The notes beneath the pieces were generated by a model. That model had not been told where the DNA came from, made no database searches, and saw only the letters and a program-made list of their open reading frames with translations. The translations under genes and the position numbers were made by a program. Of a stretch of DNA of 64,000 nucleotides, positions 54,693-63,979 are shown one piece after another. The first letter of the stretch is position 1. The number at the start of each line of letters is the position of its first letter. Source of the stretch: Candidatus Methylomirabilota bacterium (lineage in GTDB: Bacteria > Methylomirabilota > Methylomirabilia > Rokubacteriales > CSP1-6); NCBI GenBank assembly GCA_035281625.1, contig DATEDO010000028.1:11570-75569 (forward strand). Reading direction: 5' to 3'.

Positions 54693-54941
54693 GATCACGG
54701 AACCGCGGACGGTAAGGCCGCCATCACGGGGGATTTGGTCCTCCTCGACCGTGAGGTAAATCCCGTCGCCCGCGCCCTGCGTCAGCATGGCATCGATGTG
54801 ACCGCCATTCACAACCACAGCCTTCAGGAGTCCCCGCGGCTCTTCTACATGCACTTTTGGGCGAACGGCGATCCGGTTCGACTGGCGCGCGGCCTGAAGG
54901 CGGCCCTTGATCAGACCAACAGTCAGCCGCGGTCACCGTAG
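54693..54941 (+). pseudogene. 3'-terminal remnant of a DUF1259 (LppY/LpqO-like) gene
   Basis: The open frame after stop 54690-54692 reads DHGTADGKAAITGDLVLLDREVNPVARALRQHGIDVTAIHNHSLQESPRLFYMHFWANGDPVRLARGLKAALDQTN. It has no ATG, SD or signal peptide. It matches only the last repeat of the family as I recall it. Confidence 0.5.
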
Positions 54942-54984
54942 AGGGCCGCCTTGGCCCGGGCCCGAATGCGGTAGACTACCCCGG

Positions 54985-55323
54985 ATGACTCGTCGGCCGA
55001 TGCGATCCTGGTTCGGGATCATGGCCCTGTTGGCGAACGTGGCGCTGATCGCCACGCAGCCGCTCGCCAGCCTCGGACACATCGTTCACGATCATCTCGG
55101 GGAGCATGCCCACGCGGCCCACGCCACCGCGACCCACCTCGAAAGCGAAGAGGCGGTCGACCACGATGTGGAGGATCATCACCACGTGTGGATCACCGCC
55201 GCGGTCACGCTCCAGGTGGCGCAGCTGACCAAGCCCCGAGTGATCGCCGCGGCCGGCGTCCTTCCGGATCGTTCATGCCCCTCGGCGGCCCCGCTCCCTC
55301 CGTTCTCTCCTCCGCGCGCCTGA
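54985..55323 (+). CDS. Small His-rich membrane-anchored or secreted protein
   Basis: Track ORF 54907-55323 trimmed to ATG 54985. Hydrophobic N-terminus WFGIMALLANVALIA. 11 His in a 39-residue segment. Confidence 0.5.
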   Translation: MTRRPMRSWFGIMALLANVALIATQPLASLGHIVHDHLGEHAHAAHATATHLESEEAVDHDVEDHHHVWITAAVTLQVAQLTKPRVIAAAGVLPDRSCPSAAPLPPFSPPRA

Positions 55324-55415
55324 TCGGCCGCCGTTCGTAGCCGATCTGGGGAGGTCCCGGCATTGCGCCGGGCCGCGCCCACGCTTTCGTTCCCCTTGGC
55401 GCGAGGAGTCTACGC

Positions 55416-55862
55416 ATGCTCGGGGCAATCGTTTGCCGTCGTGGTTTGTGGATGTGCTGCGCCGCTCTGCTGCTGGTCGGGCCGGTCGCCTGTCGCCGTG
55501 GTCCCTCGGTGGACACGCCGCCGGTCGAGACCATCGCCCGGACGGAGTTCACGGACCGCATCGAGAACTTCTTCGAGTACGAGCCGCTCGTTCCCGGAAA
55601 GAAGTCCGCCTTCCTCATCCATCTCACCGACCTGTCCGACGGGGCGCCGGTGGAGAAGGCCGAGGTCACACTCATGGTTCGAGGGGAGCCGGCCGGGACG
55701 GCCACCGAGACGAAGGCCAAGGTGGGCCGGGTGACGGGCATCTATGTGGCCGAGGTCACGGTGCCGGCGCCCGGCCGCTACTCGGTGGAGTTTCACGTGA
55801 AGACCGCGGCCCTGGACGAGCGCATGGTCTTGCAGGACTTCTCGACGGGAGGCCGGCCATGA
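55416..55862 (+). CDS. Hypothetical lipoprotein-like protein (Ig-like/FixH-YtkA-like size)
   Basis: Signal peptide with Cys (LLVGPVAC). The stop overlaps the next start (ATGA). Confidence 0.6.
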   Translation: MLGAIVCRRGLWMCCAALLLVGPVACRRGPSVDTPPVETIARTEFTDRIENFFEYEPLVPGKKSAFLIHLTDLSDGAPVEKAEVTLMVRGEPAGTATETKAKVGRVTGIYVAEVTVPAPGRYSVEFHVKTAALDERMVLQDFSTGGRP

Positions 55863-57112
55863 AGCACGGAGTCTGGCGATACGTGCTCGCGCTCGCTCCC
55901 TTCTTCGTAGCCGTGTCGGTCGCTGGCGCGCAGTCGGCGGCGCTGACGCTGGACGAGGTCGTCGCGCGGTTTCTCCAGCGAAATCTCGCCGTCGAGGCCG
56001 CCCGCCATCGCGTCGACATCGCGCGCGCCGAGCAGATCGCGGCGGCGCTTTACCCGAACCCGATCCTGACCTTCAGCGCCGAGAACCTCAAGCTGTCGGG
56101 CCCGACGGCCGCGGGCGACCTGTACGAAGTGGGCGCGACCTGGAGCCAGCCAATCGAGCGTCCCGACAAGCGGCGTCATCGCCGCGAGGTCGCCGAGTCG
56201 ACCGTGGCGGTCGCGGAGGCGGAGCTGGCCGAGGTGCTGGGCCTGCGGCTGCTCGACGTGAAGCGAGCATTCTTCGAGACCTTGCTGGCCCACACCGCTG
56301 TCGCGCAGGCGGGGGAGAATCTCCGGCTGTTCGAGGAGTTCCTCGCCGTCACCGAAGCCCGGTTCAAGGAAGGTGCGGTGGCCGAGGGCGAACTGCTCAA
56401 GGTGCGGCTCGAGCGCGTCAGGTTGAGCAATGGAGTCGCGCAGGCCGAGCTTGCCCTTCGCCAGGCCGGGATCAGGCTCCTGGAGCTTCTGGGAGAGGCG
56501 GACTTCTCCGGTGCCGGCGCCGTGGCGGGCGAGTCGGATCTGCCCGTCACCGTGCTTCCCGACGTCGCGATACTGCGTGCCGGCGCGCTACAGCGCCGGC
56601 CAAGCGTCCGTGCCGCCGAGCAATCCGTCCTTCTCGCCGATCGGCGTGTCGCGCTGGAGCGGTCGCGGGGCACCGCGGACGTCTCGCCCTTTCTCGGAGT
56701 CAAGCGCGTCGGCGAGAACAACACCGTGCTTCTCGGAATCGCGATCCCTCTCCCGTTTACCGATCGGAACGAGGGCGGGATCGCCCGCGCCCTTGCGGAG
56801 GAGAGGATGATCCGGACCGAGCTCGCGATGCGCCGCGTTCGGGTGCTCGCCGAAGTGGAGGCCGCCTACCGCGCATGGCACAGCGCGCGCGAACGGATGC
56901 AGCGGTTCGAAACGGGTCTGCTTCGCCAGGCGGAAGAGTCGCAGTCGATTGCGCTACGCGCGTATCAGGAAGGCGCCATCGAGCTCGTGACCTACCTCGA
57001 GGCGCAGCGCACGCGCGTAGATATCCGCCAGCAGTACCTGAATGCCGTCTTCGACGCTCGCATCGCGCTGCTCCTTCTGGAGCAGGCCATCGGTCAGGAG
57101 CTTGGCCGATGA
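55859..57112 (+). CDS. TolC-family outer membrane efflux protein (CzcC/CusC-like)
   Basis: Track ORF trimmed to ATG 55859. Signal peptide, then two OEP repeats (LTLDEVVARFLQRNLAV..., ALQRRPSVRAAEQ...). Confidence 0.85.
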   Translation: MKHGVWRYVLALAPFFVAVSVAGAQSAALTLDEVVARFLQRNLAVEAARHRVDIARAEQIAAALYPNPILTFSAENLKLSGPTAAGDLYEVGATWSQPIERPDKRRHRREVAESTVAVAEAELAEVLGLRLLDVKRAFFETLLAHTAVAQAGENLRLFEEFLAVTEARFKEGAVAEGELLKVRLERVRLSNGVAQAELALRQAGIRLLELLGEADFSGAGAVAGESDLPVTVLPDVAILRAGALQRRPSVRAAEQSVLLADRRVALERSRGTADVSPFLGVKRVGENNTVLLGIAIPLPFTDRNEGGIARALAEERMIRTELAMRRVRVLAEVEAAYRAWHSARERMQRFETGLLRQAEESQSIALRAYQEGAIELVTYLEAQRTRVDIRQQYLNAVFDARIALLLLEQAIGQELGR

Positions 57113-58377
57113 CCCGGCGTCGGCTCTGGATCGTGGCCGGCCTGCTGCTCGCCGGGGTGGCCATCGCGCTCGGCGTCCGGATCCTGACCCGATCGGCTGC
57201 GCCGGTACCCGAAGCGGCCGCGCCCGCGGGCGAGGCAACGGGCACGGTGAAGTTCCTGATGGAACAGCAGTGGGCGATTCGCATGAAGCTCGCCAAGGCC
57301 ACACCGGCGACTGCCGCCCGTCAGATCACCGCCACCGGCCGCATCGTCGCGGCGCCCGGCCGTCACGTGGTGGTCGCACCGCCAGTTTCCGGCGTCCTGA
57401 CCGGGTCCGCGTTCCCTCGCGTCGGCCAGTTGGTCAGCCTAGGACAGACTCTCGCCTCGGTCCGAGAGACGCCGACGGCCGCGGAAAGCGCGCAGATCGC
57501 CACCGGGCAGGCCCAGGCGCAAATCGAGGCCGTGCGGCTCGAAGCCGATCGCCGGCGCCTCACCGAGGCGGTCAAGGAAGCGGAGATTCGCCGCGATCTC
57601 ACGCGTCGGGAGTCCGAGCGGGCGCAGCGGCTGTACGAGGCCAAGGCCTATTCCCAGCGTCAGGTCGAGGCGGCGGAGGCGGACTACCGCGCGGCGGAGA
57701 CGGCGCTGGCCGCCACCATCGCGCAGCGCGACGCGGTGACATCGGCGCGAATCCCGGCACCGCCCGGCCTCACGGCCGGGGCGACACGAGAGCTTCAGGC
57801 CCCCATCGCGGGCACCGTCGTGCGCGTGGCCCGAGCGCTCGGCGAGCAAGTCTCCGCCGGAGAGACGCTGTTCGAGCTGCTCGATGCCGCGGTCGTCTGG
57901 GTGGAGGTTCCGGTGTTCGAGCGCGATCTCCGGCGGCTCGGCACGACACCGCGCGCGTTCTTCACCACGCCGGCGGCGCCGCGTCGGGAGTTCGCGGGGC
58001 GCCTCGTCGATGCCGGCAGTGTGGTGAGCCGCGACACCCGTGCCGCCACCCTCCTCTTCGAGATCTCGAATCCCGACCGCCTGCTGCGCGTCGGCTCGCA
58101 GGCCAATGTCCGGCTGGATGCCGACGAACGGCTCAACGTCCTGATGATTCCGCGGGAGGCGGTGCTCGAAGCGGAGGGCAAGCGGTTCGTCTACGTGCTC
58201 GTGTCCGGGGAGGAGTTCCAGCGCCGAGAGATCACGGCGGGGGACGAGTACGGCGACCAGATCGCGATCCTCGATGGCCTCAAGGAAGGCGAGCGGGTCG
58301 TCACGCAAGGCGCATATCAGCTGCGCCAGCATGAGCTGCGCCCTTCCAGCCCGGGGGCGCACACGCATGAGACGTAG
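57109..58377 (+). CDS. Efflux RND periplasmic adaptor (CzcB/CusB-like)
   Basis: ATGA overlap with the upstream gene. N-terminal TM anchor, coiled-coil hairpin, lipoyl-like APIAGTVV and beta-barrel segments. Confidence 0.85.
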   Translation: MTRRRLWIVAGLLLAGVAIALGVRILTRSAAPVPEAAAPAGEATGTVKFLMEQQWAIRMKLAKATPATAARQITATGRIVAAPGRHVVVAPPVSGVLTGSAFPRVGQLVSLGQTLASVRETPTAAESAQIATGQAQAQIEAVRLEADRRRLTEAVKEAEIRRDLTRRESERAQRLYEAKAYSQRQVEAAEADYRAAETALAATIAQRDAVTSARIPAPPGLTAGATRELQAPIAGTVVRVARALGEQVSAGETLFELLDAAVVWVEVPVFERDLRRLGTTPRAFFTTPAAPRREFAGRLVDAGSVVSRDTRAATLLFEISNPDRLLRVGSQANVRLDADERLNVLMIPREAVLEAEGKRFVYVLVSGEEFQRREITAGDEYGDQIAILDGLKEGERVVTQGAYQLRQHELRPSSPGAHTHET

Positions 58378-58386
58378 GAGCCGGCC

Positions 58387-61300
58387 ATGCTGAACGCCGT
58401 CATCGCGTGGGCGCTGCGGCACCGATTGCTCGTGCTGGGCGCCGCGGTCGTGTTTCTGCTCTACGGCGCCGCGGTCACGATCCGGATACCGGTGGACGTC
58501 TTTCCCGATCTCACCGCGCCCACCGTCTCGGTCTTGACGGAAGCGCACGGGCTGGCGCCGGAAGAGGTGGAGGCGCTGGTCACGGTGCCCATCGAGACCG
58601 CGATGAACGGCACCACGGGGGTGTTCCGCGTTCGGTCCAACTCCGCCGTCGGCATCTCCATCGTGTTCGTGGAGTTCGAGCTCGGTACCGACATCTTCCG
58701 GGCCCGTCAGCTCGTGACGGAGAAGCTCCAGCGCGTGCAGCTGCCCACCGGAGTGGAGCCGCCCGTCCTCGGCCCCATCTCGTCCACCATGGGCGAGATC
58801 ATGCTGATCTCCCTCACCGCCACCAAGACCTCGCCGATGGACCTGCGGTCGCTCGCGGAGTGGGAGGTGCGCCCGCGCCTGCTGGGGCTGGCCGGGGTAT
58901 CCCAGGTCAGCATCATCGGCGGAGACCTCAAGCAGTTCCAGGTGATCGTCGATCCCGCGCGGCTGTCGCACCACGACCTCACCCTCCAGCAGGTCTCCAC
59001 TGCGGTGGCGGCGGCCAATGCGACCTCGGGCGGCGGATTCCTCGAGCGGCCGCACGAGGAGTACCTGATCCGGGGGCGCGCGCGGACCCACACGCCGGCT
59101 GATCTGGCGGGTTCCGTCATCATCGTCCGGCGCGGAGTGCCGGTGCTGGTGCGGGACGTGGCCGAGGTGGTGATCGCGCCCGCCCACAAGCGTGGCGACG
59201 GGAGCTTCAATGCCCATCCCGCGGTCGTGGCCACCATCCAGAAGCAGCCCCATGCGAACACCCTCGAGGTCACGCGGCGGATCGAGTCGACGCTGGCCGG
59301 CCTCAAGAGGGGACTTCCCGCGGACGTCGTGATCGACACCAAGGCGTTCCGGCAGGCCGACTTCATCGAGCGAGCGATCGACAACGTCAAGGCCGCGCTG
59401 GCGGAGGGCGCCGTCATGGTGACGGTGATCCTGTTCCTGTTCCTCTGGAACTTCCGTACGACGCTGATCAGCCTGACCGCGATCCCCCTGTCCCTGCTGG
59501 CGGCGGTGATCGTCATGGCCTGGTTCGACCTCGGCATCAACACGATGACGCTCGGCGGCCTCGCCATGGCGGTCGGGCAGCTCGTGGACGATGCCATCGT
59601 GGATGTGGAAAACGTGTTCCGGCGGCTGAAGCAGAATGCGCAGCAGGCGGCGCCCGAGCCGGCAGCCACGGTCATCTTCCGGGCCTCGAGTGAGATCCGT
59701 CATTCCATCACGTTCGCGACCCTCATCATCGTCCTGGTGTTCCTGCCCTTGCTGGGTCTCGGCGGCTTCGAGGGCCGCATGTTCGCGCCGCTCGCAGTTG
59801 CATACGTGGTGTCGATCACGGCGTCACTCCTGGTGGCGCTGACGGTGACCCCAGCGCTGTGCTTCTATCTGCTCGGGCGCGCGGCGGCCATTCGCGATCC
59901 CCGCGAGTCCCGTCTCGTGACCTGGCTCAAGCAAGGCTATGCGCGTCTCCTTCCGCCCATGTTGCGCCGACCTGGCCAAGTGATCGCAGGCTCGACGCTG
60001 ACACTCGTGCTGGCGGTGGCGGCCGTCCCGTTCATGGGACGGGAGTTCCTCCCACCGTTCAACGAAGGGGCGCTGAACATCAACGCCTCGCTGCCACCCG
60101 GCACGGCGCTCCAGGAGTCCAATCGAGTGGGGGTGTTGATCGAGCGGGCGCTGCACGAGACACCCGAGGTGGTCTCGACCACGCGACGCACGGGGCGGGC
60201 GGAGCTCGACGAGCACGCCGCCGGCGTCAATACGAGCGAGCTGGAGGTGGTCATCCACCCCGGCCGACGCGGCCATGCCGAGATGATGGAGGAGATCCGC
60301 GCCAACCTCGCCCGCTTCCCCGGCCTCGATGCCGAGGTAGGCCAGCCGATCTCCCATCGGATCGACCACTTGCTGTCCGGGACCCGCGCCCAGATCGCGA
60401 TCAAGCTATTCGGACCCGACCTCGGAGTGCTCCGGCTGAAGGCGGGCGAGATCCGGGAGGCCGTGGCGGCGGTGCCGGGCGTAGTGGATCTGCTCGTAGA
60501 GCCCCAGGTCGGGGTGCCTCAGGTGCAGATCAATCTCATCCGGCGGGAAGCCGCGCCGCTGGGGCTCCGCGGTCGGGATCTCACCGAGGCCGTCGAGATG
60601 GCGTTCGGGTATCACGTCGTTTCACAGGTCCTCGAGGAGCATCGGCGGCACGACGTCGTCCTCCGTCTGCACGATGACGCGCGGAGGTCTGTCGAGACCC
60701 TGTCGCGGACGCTCATTCATACGCCGAGCGGCGCGCGGGTCCCGCTGGGGCAAGTCGCCGAGGTGCGCGTCGACGCCGGTCCCAACACCATCAATCGCGA
60801 GAACGTTCAGCGCCGGATCATCGTGCAAGCCAACGTCGCGGGGCGGGATCTCGGCGGTGTCATTCGCGACGTGCGCACAGCGGTGGAGCGGCGGGTGGCC
60901 CTGCCCCAGGGCTACTACGTCCAGTACGGTGGTCAGTTCGAGGCGCAGGAGAAGGCCACCCGGCAGATCACGCTGCTGTCCGGCCTGGCCATCATGGGGA
61001 TCTTCGGCCTCCTCTGGGTTGCTCTCACTTCCGCGCGCTTGGCGGTGCTTGTCATGGCCAATCTTCCGCTCGCCCTCATCGGCGGCGTGGCCATGGTCTT
61101 TCTGGCTGGGGGAACGCTGTCGATCGCGTCACTCATCGGATTCATCACCCTGTTCGGCATCGCCACCCGGAACGGGATCATGCTGATCAGCCACTACCGC
61201 CATCTGCAGGACGTGGAGGGCGTGCCTTTCGACCAGGCGGTCGTCCAGGGTTCACTCGAGCGACTGAGCCCTATCCTCATGACCGCGCTGGTGACGGGGA

Positions 61301-61476
61301 TCGGGCTGATCCCGCTGGCCCTGGGGGCGGGCGAACCCGGCAAGGAGATCCAGCAGCCCATGGCCATCGTCATTCTGGGGGGTATCGTGAGCTCGACGGT
61401 CCTGAACATGCTCGTCGTCCCTGCCCTCTACGCGCGATTTGCGAGGACCCGTCCCACGGGATCGAGGCCGGGTTGA
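58387..61476 (+). CDS. CusA/CzcA-family heavy-metal efflux RND transporter
   Basis: 1029 aa with 12 TM helices and a typical HME-RND N-terminus. TM4 motif is AMAVGQLVDDAIVDVEN. Confidence 0.95.
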   Translation: MLNAVIAWALRHRLLVLGAAVVFLLYGAAVTIRIPVDVFPDLTAPTVSVLTEAHGLAPEEVEALVTVPIETAMNGTTGVFRVRSNSAVGISIVFVEFELGTDIFRARQLVTEKLQRVQLPTGVEPPVLGPISSTMGEIMLISLTATKTSPMDLRSLAEWEVRPRLLGLAGVSQVSIIGGDLKQFQVIVDPARLSHHDLTLQQVSTAVAAANATSGGGFLERPHEEYLIRGRARTHTPADLAGSVIIVRRGVPVLVRDVAEVVIAPAHKRGDGSFNAHPAVVATIQKQPHANTLEVTRRIESTLAGLKRGLPADVVIDTKAFRQADFIERAIDNVKAALAEGAVMVTVILFLFLWNFRTTLISLTAIPLSLLAAVIVMAWFDLGINTMTLGGLAMAVGQLVDDAIVDVENVFRRLKQNAQQAAPEPAATVIFRASSEIRHSITFATLIIVLVFLPLLGLGGFEGRMFAPLAVAYVVSITASLLVALTVTPALCFYLLGRAAAIRDPRESRLVTWLKQGYARLLPPMLRRPGQVIAGSTLTLVLAVAAVPFMGREFLPPFNEGALNINASLPPGTALQESNRVGVLIERALHETPEVVSTTRRTGRAELDEHAAGVNTSELEVVIHPGRRGHAEMMEEIRANLARFPGLDAEVGQPISHRIDHLLSGTRAQIAIKLFGPDLGVLRLKAGEIREAVAAVPGVVDLLVEPQVGVPQVQINLIRREAAPLGLRGRDLTEAVEMAFGYHVVSQVLEEHRRHDVVLRLHDDARRSVETLSRTLIHTPSGARVPLGQVAEVRVDAGPNTINRENVQRRIIVQANVAGRDLGGVIRDVRTAVERRVALPQGYYVQYGGQFEAQEKATRQITLLSGLAIMGIFGLLWVALTSARLAVLVMANLPLALIGGVAMVFLAGGTLSIASLIGFITLFGIATRNGIMLISHYRHLQDVEGVPFDQAVVQGSLERLSPILMTALVTGIGLIPLALGAGEPGKEIQQPMAIVILGGIVSSTVLNMLVVPALYARFARTRPTGSRPG

Positions 61477-62522
61477 TTCCTCCCGCCTTGGCCCTGGCTG
61501 CCGCGGTCCTATTCGGACTCAGCGCGCCGGCCGCGAAGGGGCTGGTCGGGACCGTGGATCCGTGGCTGCTCGCCGGATTGCTGTATCTCGCCTCCGGAGT
61601 GGGCCTTCTTGCGGTTTGGCTGGCGCAGCGCGCGTCCGGACGGTCAGCCCGGGAGGCCGGCCTGGCCATGCCCGACCTGCCGTGGCTGCTCGGGGCCATC
61701 ATCGCCGGCGGGGTGATCGGCCCTGTGCTGCTGATGGCTGGGCTGGCGCGGGGCGCGGCGTCCGAGGCCGCACTGCTGCTGAACCTGGAAGGCGTGATGA
61801 CGGCGCTCATCGCCTGGACGATCGTTCGCGAGCACGTCCATGCACGGACCGTGATCGGCATGGCAGCGATCAGCCTCGGCGCCCTGGCCCTAGCCTGGGG
61901 TCCAAGGGCAGGTGTGGCCCTCGAGTGGTCCAGCCTGCTCGTCGGGGGCGCGTGCCTGGCGTGGGCCATCGACAACAACTTCACCCGCGCGGTATCAGCG
62001 GCAGACCCCGTGCAGATCGCGGCGCTCAAGGGAATCGTGGCGGGCAGCGTCAACGCGGGAATCGCACTCGCGCAGGGCGCCGCGTGGCCGCCGCCGGCGG
62101 CACTGCTCGGGGCCGCAATCGTCGGTCTGCTCGGCTACGGTATCAGCCTCGTGCTCTTCGTGATCGCACTGCGTCATCTGGGGACCAGCCGAACCGGTGC
62201 CTACTTCTCAACCGCCCCGTTCATCGGAGCCGTAGCCGCCATTGTCGGCCTAGGCGAACCAGTCACGCTCCCCTTGGCCATCGCCGCGGCACTGATGGCG
62301 CTGGGGGTGTGGCTTCACCTCACCGAGCGCCACGATCACGAGCATACGCACGAGACGCTCGGGCACGAGCATGCGCACCACCATGACGAGCACCATGAGC
62401 ACGACCACCCGCCTGGCACGGTCGTCACCGCGCCCCATACGCACTGGCATGTTCACGCCCCGCTACGGCATCGCCATCCCCACTATCCGGACCTTCACCA
62501 CCGGCACGACCATGAGGCGTGA
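61473..62522 (+). CDS. EamA/DMT transporter with a His-rich C-terminal tail
   Basis: TTG start overlaps the RND stop (TTGA). About 10 TM helices. The last 65 residues contain 24 His. Confidence 0.75.
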   Translation: MIPPALALAAAVLFGLSAPAAKGLVGTVDPWLLAGLLYLASGVGLLAVWLAQRASGRSAREAGLAMPDLPWLLGAIIAGGVIGPVLLMAGLARGAASEAALLLNLEGVMTALIAWTIVREHVHARTVIGMAAISLGALALAWGPRAGVALEWSSLLVGGACLAWAIDNNFTRAVSAADPVQIAALKGIVAGSVNAGIALAQGAAWPPPAALLGAAIVGLLGYGISLVLFVIALRHLGTSRTGAYFSTAPFIGAVAAIVGLGEPVTLPLAIAAALMALGVWLHLTERHDHEHTHETLGHEHAHHHDEHHEHDHPPGTVVTAPHTHWHVHAPLRHRHPHYPDLHHRHDHEA

Positions 62523-62580
62523 GAGCGTACGTGCGGCGCTGGATCAGACCAACGGCCAGTCGGCAGCGGGGTCAGGGTAG
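62523..62580 (+). pseudogene. Very short 3' remnant resembling the C-terminus of a DUF1259 gene
   Basis: Reads ESVRAALDQTNGQSAAGSG then stop, compared with GLKAALDQTNSQPRSP then stop at 54894-54941. The two share GATCAGACCAAC at nucleotide level. Confidence 0.35.
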
Positions 62581-62626
62581 GACGCGGCGGCCGCCGTAGG
62601 GGCTCAGTGCGGTCGGCGGAAGGGGC

Positions 62627-63904
62627 TCAGTCGCGCGCGCCGAGCGTGGCGACGACGCCCTGCCAGAGCGCTCGGCCCTCGTTCAGGAAATCCGCGGGAT
62701 CGAGCATGACGGCGGTATGCACCATGACGAGCTGACTGGCCGGATCGACAAACATGGCCTGCCCGTGCGCGCCCAACAGCGCGAACATGCGGCGGGGCCC
62801 GGGCAGGATCCAGGTCTGATAGCCGTAGCCGTAGTACGACGTGGCCGCGTACGGCTTGAGATGCCAGTCGTCCGGGCGCACGGTGGTGGCGGTACGGATC
62901 CAGTCGCGCGGGATCAGCTGCCGGGCGCCCTGGCGGCCGTCGCGGGCCAGCAGGAGACCCAGGCGTGCATAGTCGCGCAGCACCGCATTGAGACAGCAGT
63001 ACGTGGCCTCCTGCCCGGCCCGGTCAATGAACCACGCCGCGTCCCCCTCCGCCCCGATGGGCTCCCAGATCTTCTCGCGAAAGTAGTCGGCCACCGGCCG
63101 GCCGGTGACCTCGCGGAGCACCAGGCCCAGCACCTGTGTCTCGGCGGAGGCATACACGAACCGGCTCCCCGGCGGACGGACTCGCACGTTGAACGGCTTG
63201 AGGGCCTCCGCCCCGCCCCGGCCGTTCTGGTGGAACGTCTCGCCGACGAGGCGCGCGGAGTCGTCGGATCCGGAGTAGTTCTCGATGAACCGCACCCCGG
63301 ACGACATCTGGAGCAGGTGCCGAAGCGGCGTCGCGCCGTACTCCGTCCCGGCGAGGGCGGGAACGTAGGCCGCGGCCGTATCCTCCACGCTGCGAATGCG
63401 ACCCTCGGCCAGGGCGATGCCGATCAGCATGCCGGTGACCGTCTTGGCCATCGAAAACGAGTTCAAGCGATGCCGGTCGGTGCGCGCGTACTGATACCGC
63501 TCCACCAGGATCGTGTCGCCGCGCGCGATGAGCAGGGCGGTCGCCGGCTGGCGCGCGAGGTAGTCGTCGAGTGTGCGGGTCTGGCCGGCGTGCTCGTAGT
63601 GGACCACCGGCTCCACCGGCGCGCGGCGGAGCGAGGAAGGTGCGGCGGCGCGCGGGATCGTCCGGGACTCGAAGAGGAGGTCCCCGTGGCTGAACACGCC
63701 CACCAAGTACGGCTGACGGTAGATCGCCAAGAAGCGGTAGCCCTGGCCGGCGCCGTAGGCCTCGGCGTCCGGGCCGGTGGAGGAGAAGCGCGGCCCCGGG
63801 GTGGGCGCGCAGCCGACGAAGAGGACCCCCAGCAGGACCGGAGCGAGGGCGCGGGCCGGGCTCAGCACTCCGGCATCCTGCGCCAGCGCCGGCCCGATTG
63901 ACAA
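62627..63904 (-). CDS. Serine hydrolase, beta-lactamase/esterase (class C-related) family lipoprotein
   Basis: Lipobox LFVGC and the SxxK motif SMAK. Confidence 0.85.
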   Translation of the reverse strand: MSIGPALAQDAGVLSPARALAPVLLGVLFVGCAPTPGPRFSSTGPDAEAYGAGQGYRFLAIYRQPYLVGVFSHGDLLFESRTIPRAAAPSSLRRAPVEPVVHYEHAGQTRTLDDYLARQPATALLIARGDTILVERYQYARTDRHRLNSFSMAKTVTGMLIGIALAEGRIRSVEDTAAAYVPALAGTEYGATPLRHLLQMSSGVRFIENYSGSDDSARLVGETFHQNGRGGAEALKPFNVRVRPPGSRFVYASAETQVLGLVLREVTGRPVADYFREKIWEPIGAEGDAAWFIDRAGQEATYCCLNAVLRDYARLGLLLARDGRQGARQLIPRDWIRTATTVRPDDWHLKPYAATSYYGYGYQTWILPGPRRMFALLGAHGQAMFVDPASQLVMVHTAVMLDPADFLNEGRALWQGVVATLGARD

Positions 63905-63979
63905 GCCCGGGAGACATTGGGGAGAATTCGGCCGATCTCTCCATCGCGGCTCGATCCGTCAACCAGGAGGGCCTTCCCG

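Noticed and set aside
54735-54941. 68-aa track ORF with a TTG start as a genuine small gene
   Set aside because: It has no SD. The frame is open further upstream to 54693. The sequence corresponds only to the C-terminal part of a much longer family, so it is treated as a remnant.
57439-59703. 754-aa ORF antisense to the adaptor and RND pump genes
   Set aside because: Same artefact: it overlaps unmistakable CzcB/CusA-type genes on the other strand.
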